From NCBI GenBank assembly GCA_045127455.1, contig JBGVQK010000077.1, forward strand, positions 2,370 to 66,369: DNA of 64,000 bases, read 5' to 3'. The stretch is from Eubacteriales bacterium. GTDB lineage: Bacteria; Bacillota; Clostridia; Oscillospirales; CAG-272. Both the position numbers and the translations under genes were made by a program. Positions 45,021 through 54,143 of this stretch are shown piece by piece. The notes beneath the pieces were generated by a model. It had not been told where the DNA came from. It did no database searches and saw only the letters and a program-made list of their open reading frames with translations. How positions within the stretch are numbered: position 1 is the stretch's first letter; each line of letters starts with the position of its first letter.

Positions 45021-45096
45021 ATGTAACCATTCTTTGCTCTCAATGTGATGGCAATTTGTTGGGAATGTGAACTTTCCTTCACTTAGTTACTACGAC

Positions 45097-45125
45097 ATTA
45101 TAACACAACATCGCGCTTTTGTCAA
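45097..45125 (-). promoter_or_regulatory. Perfect-consensus sigma-A promoter driving the tRNA-Pro leader
   Basis: Minus strand reads TTGACA-17 nt-TATAAT (TGT extended -10), about 255 nt upstream of the mature tRNA 5' end. Confidence 0.7.
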
Positions 45126-45187
45126 CCTTTTTTTCAAAAATACTTCACTATATATTATAGAAAATCGTTCTAAAACGAGAAAAACAC

Positions 45188-45231
45188 CGCAAAAATGGGA
45201 ATTGAGCCCTTTGTGAACGCAATTCCCATTC
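45188..45231 (-). terminator. Intrinsic terminator of the lipoprotein phosphoesterase gene
   Basis: Minus strand reads AATGGGAATT-N17-AATTCCCATT followed by TTTTGC. Confidence 0.6.
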
Positions 45232-45249
45232 GGTTTTTTTAATTTTTGG

Positions 45250-47469
45250 TTATTTTTCAATGATAAAGGTGGCATAAGCAAAGGTTTCACCTTTTACAAA
45301 TTCATATCCCTCGAACACAATAAAATCACCATAAACACGCACAATATACCCCTCGGAGCGGCCATCACCGCTGCCAACCAATACGCGGGGTGTGGAGCAC
45401 GCGGGAATGTGTACCATCGTTGCATAGGTTCCGTCCTTATTGTCAATGTTCTTATCATCGTTGGTCTTTCCGGGCTTGGCTTCTACAAGTTGCGAATCCA
45501 ACGCCCAGTGTGAGTGTCCGCTAAAGTAAACTACGTTGGTGTATTTTTTGAAGAGCTCATCAAACTTCTTGTACTCTACGGTAGAACTAATCAAAGGAAG
45601 TCCGTATTCGTTGCCAGATGAGGTTGCGTCGCCCACTTGTTCATCCATAAAGGTGTGGAAGAAGAGGAAGACGGTTCTATCTTTATACTCTTCCAATCTT
45701 TCTTCAAGCCACTTGAGCTGATGGTCATCCAAAAGGCGAGAGGAAGAAGAGCCGTAATCGTAATAAATTTGATGCAAATAAACCATCACGCTACCATCGG
45801 GAAGCTCAACCACATAGTCGAGATTATCTTTGCCAAAGTTGGAGTAAGTGAGCTCGCTGTCATAGTCTACCACTCCGCGTGTATATTCCATATACCAGTC
45901 ATAAGAAAATCCCGTATATTTGGACTCGTGATTGCCCGTCGTAGTAAAGATAGGCATATCGGGAGCATGCTTGTAAATTTCTTGAATAGCTTGTGCGTGC
46001 AGAACGTATTCACTTTTGATATTGTCATAAGAGAAATCTCCGCAAATACCAATGGTGATTGCCCCCTTTTCGTAGAGCACCTTTGCAGCGTTGATAAAAT
46101 GGTTATACGGAATATCCGTAGAGCCGTAGCGCGTGCCTTGGTGAGTATCCGAAAGCGCACCAAAAACGTAAAGTTCATCTTCGATCAGCAGGCGCTCTGC
46201 AGGAATGGTGTAGGAATACGTCATCTGCTTATTGCCGCTAACGGCAATAAGATGGGTTGCTCCCTTGGGGATTGCGGTAAAGGATTGAATGGTTATCTCG
46301 GATTCTGCGCCCGCAGCAAACTCGTCGGAATAAAGCATTGAGTAGTCCTTGAGCTTTCCGTTGGCATCTGCCCAATAAAACGTATAAACGTCCGAGGTTT
46401 CGGGCAAGAACGTCAACGTTCCACCTGCAAAACCGGGGGTATCGTACAGAAAATTGTAGTCGATGATTCCTGCGGGAACGTAAGCCTTGCCACACCCTGT
46501 GCAAACGTTGTTTTCATAAGTATGATTTTGGGTCTCCGGAATCGTTACGGATCGAGTCCTTCCGCAAGAGCATGTGCTTATTTTTTCGCCGGGCGTTGAA
46601 CAAGTTGCCTCTTTGAGAACCGTCTCATTTTTGTAAATATGTGCTTGATATTCCCCTACCTTTACAAAATAGAAATCGCGGTAGTGCTGCGATTTTTTAC
46701 AGGAAAAGGTATGCTCGATTCTGAGAGTGTTCTCGCCTGCAACAAGGTTTACGGTAATGCCGTACATATACACGCCGTTCGTTTCGTTGCGCATACTCGC
46801 ATAATTCATATTGGCGTAGCCGTAGGAGGTTTGGAAGACCTGCTCGTTGGCAGTTCCGCCATTGAAAATGTATTTTGCCCCGCGAACCTGATCGTCCTTC
46901 AATCTCAAATGAACGATCATTTCGTAAACACCCGCCTGCTCAACGTCAAACGTGTAGATCAGGTGATCGCTCGTATACTCTTCAACATACCAATGCTGAT
47001 AGCCTCCCTCCTCAACGGGACCCGCCTCTTGGGAAAGCTTCTTATCAAAATCTCCTGCCCAAAGGTGAATCCCCTCTTCGTATCCTTGCAGCAAGGTAGG
47101 AGAAAAATGATACGAATCGGTTTCTCCGTCGCCATCGGCATCATAAATAGACGGTACGGAATAGAGTGTAACGGTACTTGCACCGCAAACAGTACATTCG
47201 GCATTGAAATAAACGTGGTGTCCAATCGCGGGAACAGCTTCTTCTTTGGTGTCACCGCAAGCAGAACAAGTCAAAACTCTCTGCCCATCCTCAATACAGG
47301 TGGGCTCTTTAGTGATAACAGGCTCTCCATAGGTATGCGTATGTGGGGCGGTTTCTTGCGGTGTGGTAATCTCCGGATTCGTTAACGTAGTTTGCGATTC
47401 GGAATTATAAGGATAACACGCAGATAAAAACAACGTTAAAAAAGCCAACAAAAAACATAATTTCTTCAT
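45250..47469 (-). CDS. Secreted lipoprotein: Cys4 modules, carbohydrate-binding-like middle region, and a C-terminal calcineurin-like metallophosphoesterase
   Basis: Start set at MKKLCFLLAFLTLFLSAC (lipobox). Phosphoesterase motifs are ALSDTHQG, CGDFSYD, TGNHES and GHSH. Confidence 0.75.
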   Translation of the reverse strand: MKKLCFLLAFLTLFLSACYPYNSESQTTLTNPEITTPQETAPHTHTYGEPVITKEPTCIEDGQRVLTCSACGDTKEEAVPAIGHHVYFNAECTVCGASTVTLYSVPSIYDADGDGETDSYHFSPTLLQGYEEGIHLWAGDFDKKLSQEAGPVEEGGYQHWYVEEYTSDHLIYTFDVEQAGVYEMIVHLRLKDDQVRGAKYIFNGGTANEQVFQTSYGYANMNYASMRNETNGVYMYGITVNLVAGENTLRIEHTFSCKKSQHYRDFYFVKVGEYQAHIYKNETVLKEATCSTPGEKISTCSCGRTRSVTIPETQNHTYENNVCTGCGKAYVPAGIIDYNFLYDTPGFAGGTLTFLPETSDVYTFYWADANGKLKDYSMLYSDEFAAGAESEITIQSFTAIPKGATHLIAVSGNKQMTYSYTIPAERLLIEDELYVFGALSDTHQGTRYGSTDIPYNHFINAAKVLYEKGAITIGICGDFSYDNIKSEYVLHAQAIQEIYKHAPDMPIFTTTGNHESKYTGFSYDWYMEYTRGVVDYDSELTYSNFGKDNLDYVVELPDGSVMVYLHQIYYDYGSSSSRLLDDHQLKWLEERLEEYKDRTVFLFFHTFMDEQVGDATSSGNEYGLPLISSTVEYKKFDELFKKYTNVVYFSGHSHWALDSQLVEAKPGKTNDDKNIDNKDGTYATMVHIPACSTPRVLVGSGDGRSEGYIVRVYGDFIVFEGYEFVKGETFAYATFIIEK

Positions 47470-47587
47470 AACAATCCTCCTTGTGCAAAATACGCACACA
47501 GTATGCTTTTGCCATTTGATTATATCATTTTTTTCGTTTCTTTTCAACATCTGTGGTTAAATTATTTTCATCTGTGCTTAAAAAATA

Positions 47588-47616
47588 TTGCATTTCGTGT
47601 GCCACCGTGGTATAAT
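47588..47616 (+). promoter_or_regulatory. Consensus sigma-A promoter of the GTPase-NYN gene
   Basis: TTGCAT-17 nt-TATAAT with a TGG extended -10. Confidence 0.65.
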
Positions 47617-47648
47617 AATACCAAAGACTGACAGAAAGGAGACGGAAC

Positions 47649-50225
47649 GTGAAGAAAAAGCTTACCATTGGCATTCTTGCGCACGTTGATGCGGGCAAAA
47701 CAACGCTTTCGGAAGCGATGCTCTACCTGTGCGGCAAAATTCGTTCGATCGGTCGCGTGGACCATCGCAACACCTATCTTGATACCAACGTTGTGGAACG
47801 CGAGCGTGGAATTACCGTTTTTTCAAAGCAAGCGCGGTTTTCCACACCCGTGTGCGATTTTATTCTGCTTGACACTCCCGGCCACGTGGATTTTTCGGCT
47901 GAAGCCGAGCGCACGCTCACACTGCTTGACTACGCCATTTTGGTGGTGAGTGCCGCCGACGGTGTGCAAAATCACACCCGCACGCTTTGGCAACTGTTGG
48001 AGTATTACAACGTTCCCACCTTCCTTTTTGTCAACAAGACCGACATTTCCATCAAGCTTGCCGAGGAGATGGAAGAAGAGCTCTCTCGCACGCTCTCCCC
48101 TCGTTGCGTCGCCTTTCACGAGGCGCAAAACGATGCCGAGCGCGACGAAAAATTGGCAATGGCAGACGAGGAATTTTTAGAAGCCTTCTCCGCAGGTGAA
48201 GCCATTGGCGACGGGGAGCTTGCAGAGGCGGTTGCCGAGCGTCGACTCTTCCCCGCTCTGTTCGGCTCTGCTTTGCGCTTGACGGGCGTTGATCATCTGT
48301 TGCATACGCTTGACCGCCTTACCCTGCCACCCCTTTACGAAAATACCGAATTTGGCGCACGTGTATATAAAATTGCACGCGACGGCAACACGCGCCTGAC
48401 CTATCTCAAGGTGACGGGCGGCACGCTCCGCGCACGCGATGAGATCACGTATCTTTCAGCCGACGGGCAAAAAATGCGCGAAAAGGTCAATCAGTTGCGC
48501 CTCTACTCGGGCGAAAAATATGAGCAGGTCGACTCTGCCGCGGCGGGCGAGATTTGTGCCGTTGTCGGGCTTTCCGCCACCTTTATTGGAGAGGGACTCG
48601 GCTTTGAGAGCGACGCAGGTCACCCCGTGCTGGAGCCCGTTCTTTCCTATCGCATCGCACTCCCCGACGGGTGCGATCCTATGGTATACTTCCCCAAACT
48701 CAAGGAGCTGGAGGAGGAAGAGCCTTCCCTACATCTGTATTGGAACAGCGAGCTTTGCCAAATTGAGGCAAGACTCATGGGAGAGGTGCAGATCGAGCTT
48801 TTGCGCCGCCTGATCCTTGACCGTTTTGGCATCGAATGCGAGCTTGATGCAGGCAAAATTCTTTACAAAGAAAAACCCGCGGCACGTTCGCTTGGCATTG
48901 GTCACTTTGAGCCGCTCCGCCACTATGCCGAGGTGCAGCTGCTCATTGAGCCTCGCCCCAGAGGCTCGGGGCTTTCCTTTGACGTGCATCTGCCGCCAAA
49001 CGCGCTCGACCTCAATTGGCAACGCCTCATTCTTTTTAATCTTTACGAAAAGGTACACAGAGGAACGCTCACAGGTGCAATGCTGACCGATGCAAAAATC
49101 ACGCTTGTTGCAGCACGTGCACACCTAAAGCACACCGAAGGTGGCGATTTCCGCGAAGCGACCCTGCGCGCGGTACGGCAAGGATTGATGCAATCAGGCT
49201 GTATTTTACTTGAGCCCTATTACAAATTCCGCCTTGAGCTTCCCTCTGCTTTTGTGGGGCGCGCAATGTCGGACTTGCAAATGCGTGCGGCTACCTTTGA
49301 GGTAGAAAGCGCCGTGGGCGACAGAACAGTGATCGTTGGTCGCGCTCCCGTTTCAACGCTTCACGATTATGCACGCGAGCTCATTTCCTATACACGCGGC
49401 GAGGGGCATATTGCCTGCACGTCTGACGGTTACGAGCCCTGCCACAACCAGGAAGAGGTAGTGGCTGCCGCAAATTATGACCCCGTTGCCGACCTTGAAA
49501 ACACGCCCCACTCGGTATTTTGCGAGCATGGCGCAGGCGTTGTCGTTCCTTGGGACGAGGTGGAGAATTGGAAGCATCTTGAAGCTGACGTTTCCCCGAG
49601 CGATGCCGCCGCAAGCATTCTCCCCGCTCCGCGCAAGCTGGCAAACAAATATCAGTTGAGCGATGACGAAATTGAAGCCTTGATGCTGCGCTCCTTTGGT
49701 CCCATTCGCCGCAAGCAGTATAGCGAAAAACGCATCAATGCCGCCAAAGAAGAGAAAAAACGCCCCCACCGAAAGCCCCTGCCCGAGCGCCATATGACAA
49801 TTGTAGACGGCTACAACGTGATTTGGGCGTGGGATTCCTTGCGCGAGATTGCAGAATATAGCTTGGAAAAGGCGCGAGAGACGCTGATGGACATTTTGAG
49901 CAACTACGTCGCCTTTACCAAAACCGAGCTAACGCTTGTGTTTGACGCCTACCTTGTGCCCGATGGCGCAGGCTCGGAGATCACGCACGACGGCTACCGC
50001 ATCGTCTACACAAAAGAAAATCAAACCGCCGATGCCTATATTGAACGAATGATGCACGAGCTTGGTCCCAACTACAACGTGCGTATGGTATCGGGCGATA
50101 AGCTTTTGCAGTTCTCGGCAGTCCATTCGGGCATTTTGCGCGTCACCGCCGCCGAATTTGAAGCCGAGGTCACATCGGTTGGCGAAGAGATTAACGAATT
50201 TATTAAAAAGCTTTCGCAAAAGTAA
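47649..50225 (+). CDS. TetM/TetO-like (EF-G family) translational GTPase fused to a C-terminal YacP/Rae1-type NYN domain
   Basis: GTG start with AAAGGAGA RBS. G1 is AHVDAGKTT, G3 is DTPGH, G4 is NKTD. Overall collinearity with Tet(M) runs to about residue 640. Residues 716-858 (nt 49794-50222) read MTIVDGYNVIWAW...LVFDAYLV...VYTKENQTADAYIE, matching B. subtilis YacP motifs (VDGYNMIGAW, VFDAHLV, FTKENETAD). Confidence 0.8.
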   Translation: MKKKLTIGILAHVDAGKTTLSEAMLYLCGKIRSIGRVDHRNTYLDTNVVERERGITVFSKQARFSTPVCDFILLDTPGHVDFSAEAERTLTLLDYAILVVSAADGVQNHTRTLWQLLEYYNVPTFLFVNKTDISIKLAEEMEEELSRTLSPRCVAFHEAQNDAERDEKLAMADEEFLEAFSAGEAIGDGELAEAVAERRLFPALFGSALRLTGVDHLLHTLDRLTLPPLYENTEFGARVYKIARDGNTRLTYLKVTGGTLRARDEITYLSADGQKMREKVNQLRLYSGEKYEQVDSAAAGEICAVVGLSATFIGEGLGFESDAGHPVLEPVLSYRIALPDGCDPMVYFPKLKELEEEEPSLHLYWNSELCQIEARLMGEVQIELLRRLILDRFGIECELDAGKILYKEKPAARSLGIGHFEPLRHYAEVQLLIEPRPRGSGLSFDVHLPPNALDLNWQRLILFNLYEKVHRGTLTGAMLTDAKITLVAARAHLKHTEGGDFREATLRAVRQGLMQSGCILLEPYYKFRLELPSAFVGRAMSDLQMRAATFEVESAVGDRTVIVGRAPVSTLHDYARELISYTRGEGHIACTSDGYEPCHNQEEVVAAANYDPVADLENTPHSVFCEHGAGVVVPWDEVENWKHLEADVSPSDAAASILPAPRKLANKYQLSDDEIEALMLRSFGPIRRKQYSEKRINAAKEEKKRPHRKPLPERHMTIVDGYNVIWAWDSLREIAEYSLEKARETLMDILSNYVAFTKTELTLVFDAYLVPDGAGSEITHDGYRIVYTKENQTADAYIERMMHELGPNYNVRMVSGDKLLQFSAVHSGILRVTAAEFEAEVTSVGEEINEFIKKLSQK

Positions 50226-50228
50226 TAA

Positions 50229-50272
50229 AACAGAAACAAGGAGACACCCGAGGGTGTCTCCTTGTTTCTGTT
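50229..50272. terminator. Bidirectional intrinsic terminator
   Basis: AACAGAAACAAGGAGACACCC-GA-GGGTGTCTCCTTGTTTCTGTT. Confidence 0.85.
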
Positions 50273-50275
50273 GGT

Positions 50276-53200
50276 TCATGATTTTACGAGAGTACCGTCA
50301 ATGCAAACAATATAGTAATTTGGAGTGTTAAGGTTCCACGCTCCAAACTTATTTATCTCATCCCATTCGGATTGAGTCCCACAAAAAATGATGTTTTTGA
50401 GAGAAGTACACCCGCTAAGTATCTCGTTTTGAATCTTTGTGATGTTTTCGGATAACGTAACCTCTGTCAAGCTTATGCAGCCGCAAAATGTTTTAAACTC
50501 TATCACCGTAACACCCTTGCCAATGATAGCCTTTTCGAGAGCAGTACAGTCAAAGAATGCGAAATAGCCAAGCCTTTGGACATTATCCGGAATGACGATT
50601 TCTGAAAGACTGGTACAATTACTAAATGCGTATTCACCAATCTCGGTAATGCTTTCAGGAAAGTGAATACTCTTGAGAGATTGGCAAGACGCGAATGCAC
50701 TCTCCCCGATGATTTCAACGTTTTCACTCAACACAACATTTTCTAAATTTGTACATCCGGCAAACGTTGATGTGCCAATGGATTTGATACTTGCGGGAAT
50801 GGTAATGTTCACCAATCCAAGGCAAGCCTTAAACATACCATCCGCAAGATGCTCAATTCCGGCTACAAAATCAATATTTGTCAAGCCATGACAGCCGGCA
50901 AACGCATTCTTGCCCACACTAATAACACCCTTGGGGAGTGTGAACGAAGTCAAGCCTATACACCCTGTAAAAGCAAAATCCCCTATGGAGGTTACCGTTT
51001 CCGGAATAATAAATTCTGTGACCGATTCACATTTATACAACAAGCCTTCAGGCAGATATGTAATGCCCTCGCATAGAACAACTTGTGTCAAATTTTCGCA
51101 ATAGGAAAGCACATAACCACCAATCTCTAAAACGCTATCCGGAAATGCGAATTTAGTAAAAGATACGCATTCGGAAAACGCGTATTCCCCAATATATTCA
51201 ATCCCGTTGGGAAGCGTAACATCTTTTAACACAGTACACTCCGAAAACGCGTGGGCACCAATGCTTTTGAGAGTAGAGGGTAGGTCAATCGACGGCAAAC
51301 TTGTGCACCCGGAAAAGGCGTATTCATCAATGCTAACAAGTCCCTCTGGCAACGTAACGGAGATAAGAGAGTTGCATCCCGAGAATATATGGTCGCCAAG
51401 CAAGAGAGTATTCTCACGAAATACGACAGACGTAAGCGTTTTATCACACTGAATTGCAATACGGTCAACATAGGTAACACCGTTTTCCATCTGTAAAAGC
51501 AACTCACAAGTTGAAAATGCATTTTCGCCAACGTGTTTCAAGTTGTTGGGGGTATTGATTTTGGTTAGCGCATGACAATTTTGAAACGCTATACGACCAA
51601 TCTTCGTTAGTCCCTCTCCAAACGTAACACTCTCAAGAGATGTGCATTCGCGGAAAGCACCCATTTCAATTTCTACAACGCTATCCGGAATGACAATACT
51701 CGTAAGCCCTGTACACCACAAGAAAGCCTCGGGATAAATGATTTCAATGCCCTCGCAAAGCGTTATAGAAGTCAAATTCTCCCAATAATGGGCAAAAGCC
51801 ATTTGGCCAACATGTTTACTGTTAGAAAGCGTTACTTCGCGCAATGATTTATTCTCTTTTTCTACAAGATACTCCAAGTTTGCATCGCTCCAAACGTATT
51901 TATCAACGGTAGACCCCAAAAAAGGGACAGAGAGGCGTACAAGATTATCGCATCCGTACAAAAGAGAACCGCCTATGTAGGTAACACTTTTGGGGATGGT
52001 TATCTCAGTCAAACTCAAGCATTTTTTAAATGCACCGGCCCCAATACTTTCAACACCGTTTGCAATAGATATATCGGCAAGATTCTCACATTCTGCAAAA
52101 GCGTATTTACCAATGGTTTGAACACTGGATGGAATGGTAACATTAACAATATCTTTGCATCCATAAAAAGCATGGCCACCAATAGAGGTGGTGCCCTCTG
52201 GAATGTCCACATTGACCAAAAGCTCACCGTTAAGGTAGATCCTTCTTATACGGTTGCTACTCAAACTAGCCAAACCGGAATTAGATACACCCGTATCGAT
52301 CTGACACCAACGGGCAAGATCGGTAATGTGGAAATCCGTCAAATCGTGGCAATTCTTAAAGGCATCGCGATCCATCTTTTCTACACTTTCGGGAATGGCA
52401 ATACTCGCAATAAGGCGACAACCGCGGAATGCTTCCTCGCCAATAATCTTCAAATTTTGAGAGAGTGTAATCGTTTGCACATTCTCGCACTCGCTAAACG
52501 CACCTGCGCCCAGGGCAATCACGGAATCGGGCAAAACAATATTCGTCAGTGCCGAGCATTTACTGAATGCGTAATCTCCAATGCTTGCAAGCGACTTTGA
52601 AAAGGTGATCTCGCTCAAATTCGTGCAGCCGCTGAAAGCATTTGTACCGATACTCTCAACCGAATCGGGAATGACTACCTCGGTAAGTCCCGTGCAACCG
52701 CTGAAGGCATAATCACCAATGGTGATGAGCGTATCGGGCAGGGTAACGGATGTGATATCGGTTTTGTTTTGGAACGCATTGTTTTCTATTTTGGTCACGT
52801 GATAGCCGCAGAAATTAGGAGGAATGATGATATCGGTATCAATACAGTTTCCTATGCCCACCACGGTACAGGTCTTTCCGTCAAGGTTAACTGCATAGGC
52901 AAGACCCAGAGAACCGATTGCGGGGATGACCTCTTCGTCAAGCTTTGCTCCGCAATAATGGCAGAATTGACACATCAAGCCCGGCTCTCTTGCATCGGGA
53001 TCCTCGGGGGTGGGTTCTCGAATAACAGGTTCTTTCTCAATAACCCATTCTCCTGCAAAGTGTTGCAGAAGAGATGTGTAGCGCGTTTCCTTTTCACCAC
53101 AGCTGCAAAAACGAACCTCTTCGCCGGGGTCGGCACAGGTAGCATCCTTTGCGGTTTGCCACTCTCCAAATGTGTGCTCGTGCGGAAGCGTGGGCTCCGG

Positions 53201-53398
53201 GGGAACGGGCTCATCGTAGCGCAACCAAAGCACAGCACCGATAACTACCGATACAACAAAGCAGAGGCATGCGGCAAGGGCTCCCCATTTTACCCATCCT
53301 TTGTTTGCATGTGTCTTTTTCCACTCTCCGGGGGCTGCATCAAGGATTAGCTGCGTGTCAATTTGACGCAACGCCTTAAAAAGTTTTTTTCCACTCAT
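50276..53398 (-). CDS. 1040-aa single-pass membrane protein: short cytoplasmic anti-sigma-like N-terminus, TM helix, two Cys4 modules, and a very large BspA-type leucine-rich-repeat ectodomain
   Basis: ATGA overlap with the upstream ECF sigma gene. TM helix is WGALAACLCFVVSVVIGAVLWL. There are dozens of roughly 23-aa repeats of the form IP.SV..IG..AF..C..L..I (LRR_5/BspA type). Confidence 0.8.
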   Translation of the reverse strand: MSGKKLFKALRQIDTQLILDAAPGEWKKTHANKGWVKWGALAACLCFVVSVVIGAVLWLRYDEPVPPEPTLPHEHTFGEWQTAKDATCADPGEEVRFCSCGEKETRYTSLLQHFAGEWVIEKEPVIREPTPEDPDAREPGLMCQFCHYCGAKLDEEVIPAIGSLGLAYAVNLDGKTCTVVGIGNCIDTDIIIPPNFCGYHVTKIENNAFQNKTDITSVTLPDTLITIGDYAFSGCTGLTEVVIPDSVESIGTNAFSGCTNLSEITFSKSLASIGDYAFSKCSALTNIVLPDSVIALGAGAFSECENVQTITLSQNLKIIGEEAFRGCRLIASIAIPESVEKMDRDAFKNCHDLTDFHITDLARWCQIDTGVSNSGLASLSSNRIRRIYLNGELLVNVDIPEGTTSIGGHAFYGCKDIVNVTIPSSVQTIGKYAFAECENLADISIANGVESIGAGAFKKCLSLTEITIPKSVTYIGGSLLYGCDNLVRLSVPFLGSTVDKYVWSDANLEYLVEKENKSLREVTLSNSKHVGQMAFAHYWENLTSITLCEGIEIIYPEAFLWCTGLTSIVIPDSVVEIEMGAFRECTSLESVTFGEGLTKIGRIAFQNCHALTKINTPNNLKHVGENAFSTCELLLQMENGVTYVDRIAIQCDKTLTSVVFRENTLLLGDHIFSGCNSLISVTLPEGLVSIDEYAFSGCTSLPSIDLPSTLKSIGAHAFSECTVLKDVTLPNGIEYIGEYAFSECVSFTKFAFPDSVLEIGGYVLSYCENLTQVVLCEGITYLPEGLLYKCESVTEFIIPETVTSIGDFAFTGCIGLTSFTLPKGVISVGKNAFAGCHGLTNIDFVAGIEHLADGMFKACLGLVNITIPASIKSIGTSTFAGCTNLENVVLSENVEIIGESAFASCQSLKSIHFPESITEIGEYAFSNCTSLSEIVIPDNVQRLGYFAFFDCTALEKAIIGKGVTVIEFKTFCGCISLTEVTLSENITKIQNEILSGCTSLKNIIFCGTQSEWDEINKFGAWNLNTPNYYIVCIDGTLVKS

Positions 53399-53955
53399 CC
53401 TTCAAAGCCCTCCTTTGCCAAAAAATCCTTTAGCTTTTGTCTTGTGCGGAACATCAGCATTGCCACGGCATTTTCTTTCATATCAAACTCTTCGGCTATC
53501 TCTGCCATAGATGAAGCATACCAATACCGACGGACAAAGATGTTTCTTGTCTTTTTGGGCAGCGACCATATAAAACGGTTCAATGCATCGCGTAAGGCAA
53601 AGTTCTCTGCCATATCCTCACTCTCATTTACATCCGCAATACATTCATCAAGCTCGTGATAAATGAGGGGCATCTTTCCCCCGCCGCGCTTCTCTGCCGT
53701 TTGTTCCTCATAGCGGTTGATGGCTAACTGATTGCTGATCATACCGACGTATGCTTTGAGCGGGTCGGGGCGGTTGGGTGGTACGGTGTTCCACGTTTTG
53801 AGATATGTATCGTTTACGATCTCCTCGGCATCGCTATCGTCCGACAAAATTTGATAGGCGATATAATGACAGTAACGCCCATACTTTTTGTCCGTTTCCG
53901 TAATAGCCTCCTCGGATCGAGCCCAATACAGATCTACGATTTGGTTATCTTCCAT
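53395..53955 (-). CDS. ECF-type sigma-70 family RNA polymerase sigma factor
   Basis: Start set at MEDNQIVDLYW (RBS AAAGGAGA). Region 2 is DAEEIVNDTYLKTW. Region 4 HTH is SMAEIAEEFDMKENAVAMLMFRTRQKLK. Confidence 0.85.
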   Translation of the reverse strand: MEDNQIVDLYWARSEEAITETDKKYGRYCHYIAYQILSDDSDAEEIVNDTYLKTWNTVPPNRPDPLKAYVGMISNQLAINRYEEQTAEKRGGGKMPLIYHELDECIADVNESEDMAENFALRDALNRFIWSLPKKTRNIFVRRYWYASSMAEIAEEFDMKENAVAMLMFRTRQKLKDFLAKEGFEG

Positions 53956-54091
53956 AATCTGTCTCCTTTGCTTTTTACTCGGTGGTTTTCCCTTCACCAA
54001 TCTAAACAGAAAAAACCATGGTTATATCACTCATTTTTTTCATTTTTTTCTTGATAACATCAATTTTATCATATTTTTTGCCGTTTGTATA

Positions 54092-54135
54092 TAGAAAACA
54101 GACAAACGCTATTATTTGGATAGCGTTTGTCTGTA
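54092..54135 (-). terminator. Intrinsic terminator of the PTS operon
   Basis: ACAGACAAACGCTAT-N7-ATAGCGTTTGTCTGT with a T-rich tail on the minus strand. Confidence 0.8.
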
Positions 54136-54143
54136 AAAATATA

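Noticed and set aside
44651-45082. 143-aa minus-strand ORF covering tRNA-Pro and its leader (repeated RSPHQSHK / GVAQFG peptides).
   Set aside because: It reads straight through a canonical tRNA gene and the leader repeats. The peptide repeats are simply the translated nucleotide repeats.
47649-50225. Calling the GTPase a tetracycline-resistance determinant (tetM/tetO).
   Set aside because: Similarity is at the family level only. The C-terminal NYN fusion and the chromosomal context, with no mobile element nearby, argue against a ribosomal-protection resistance gene.
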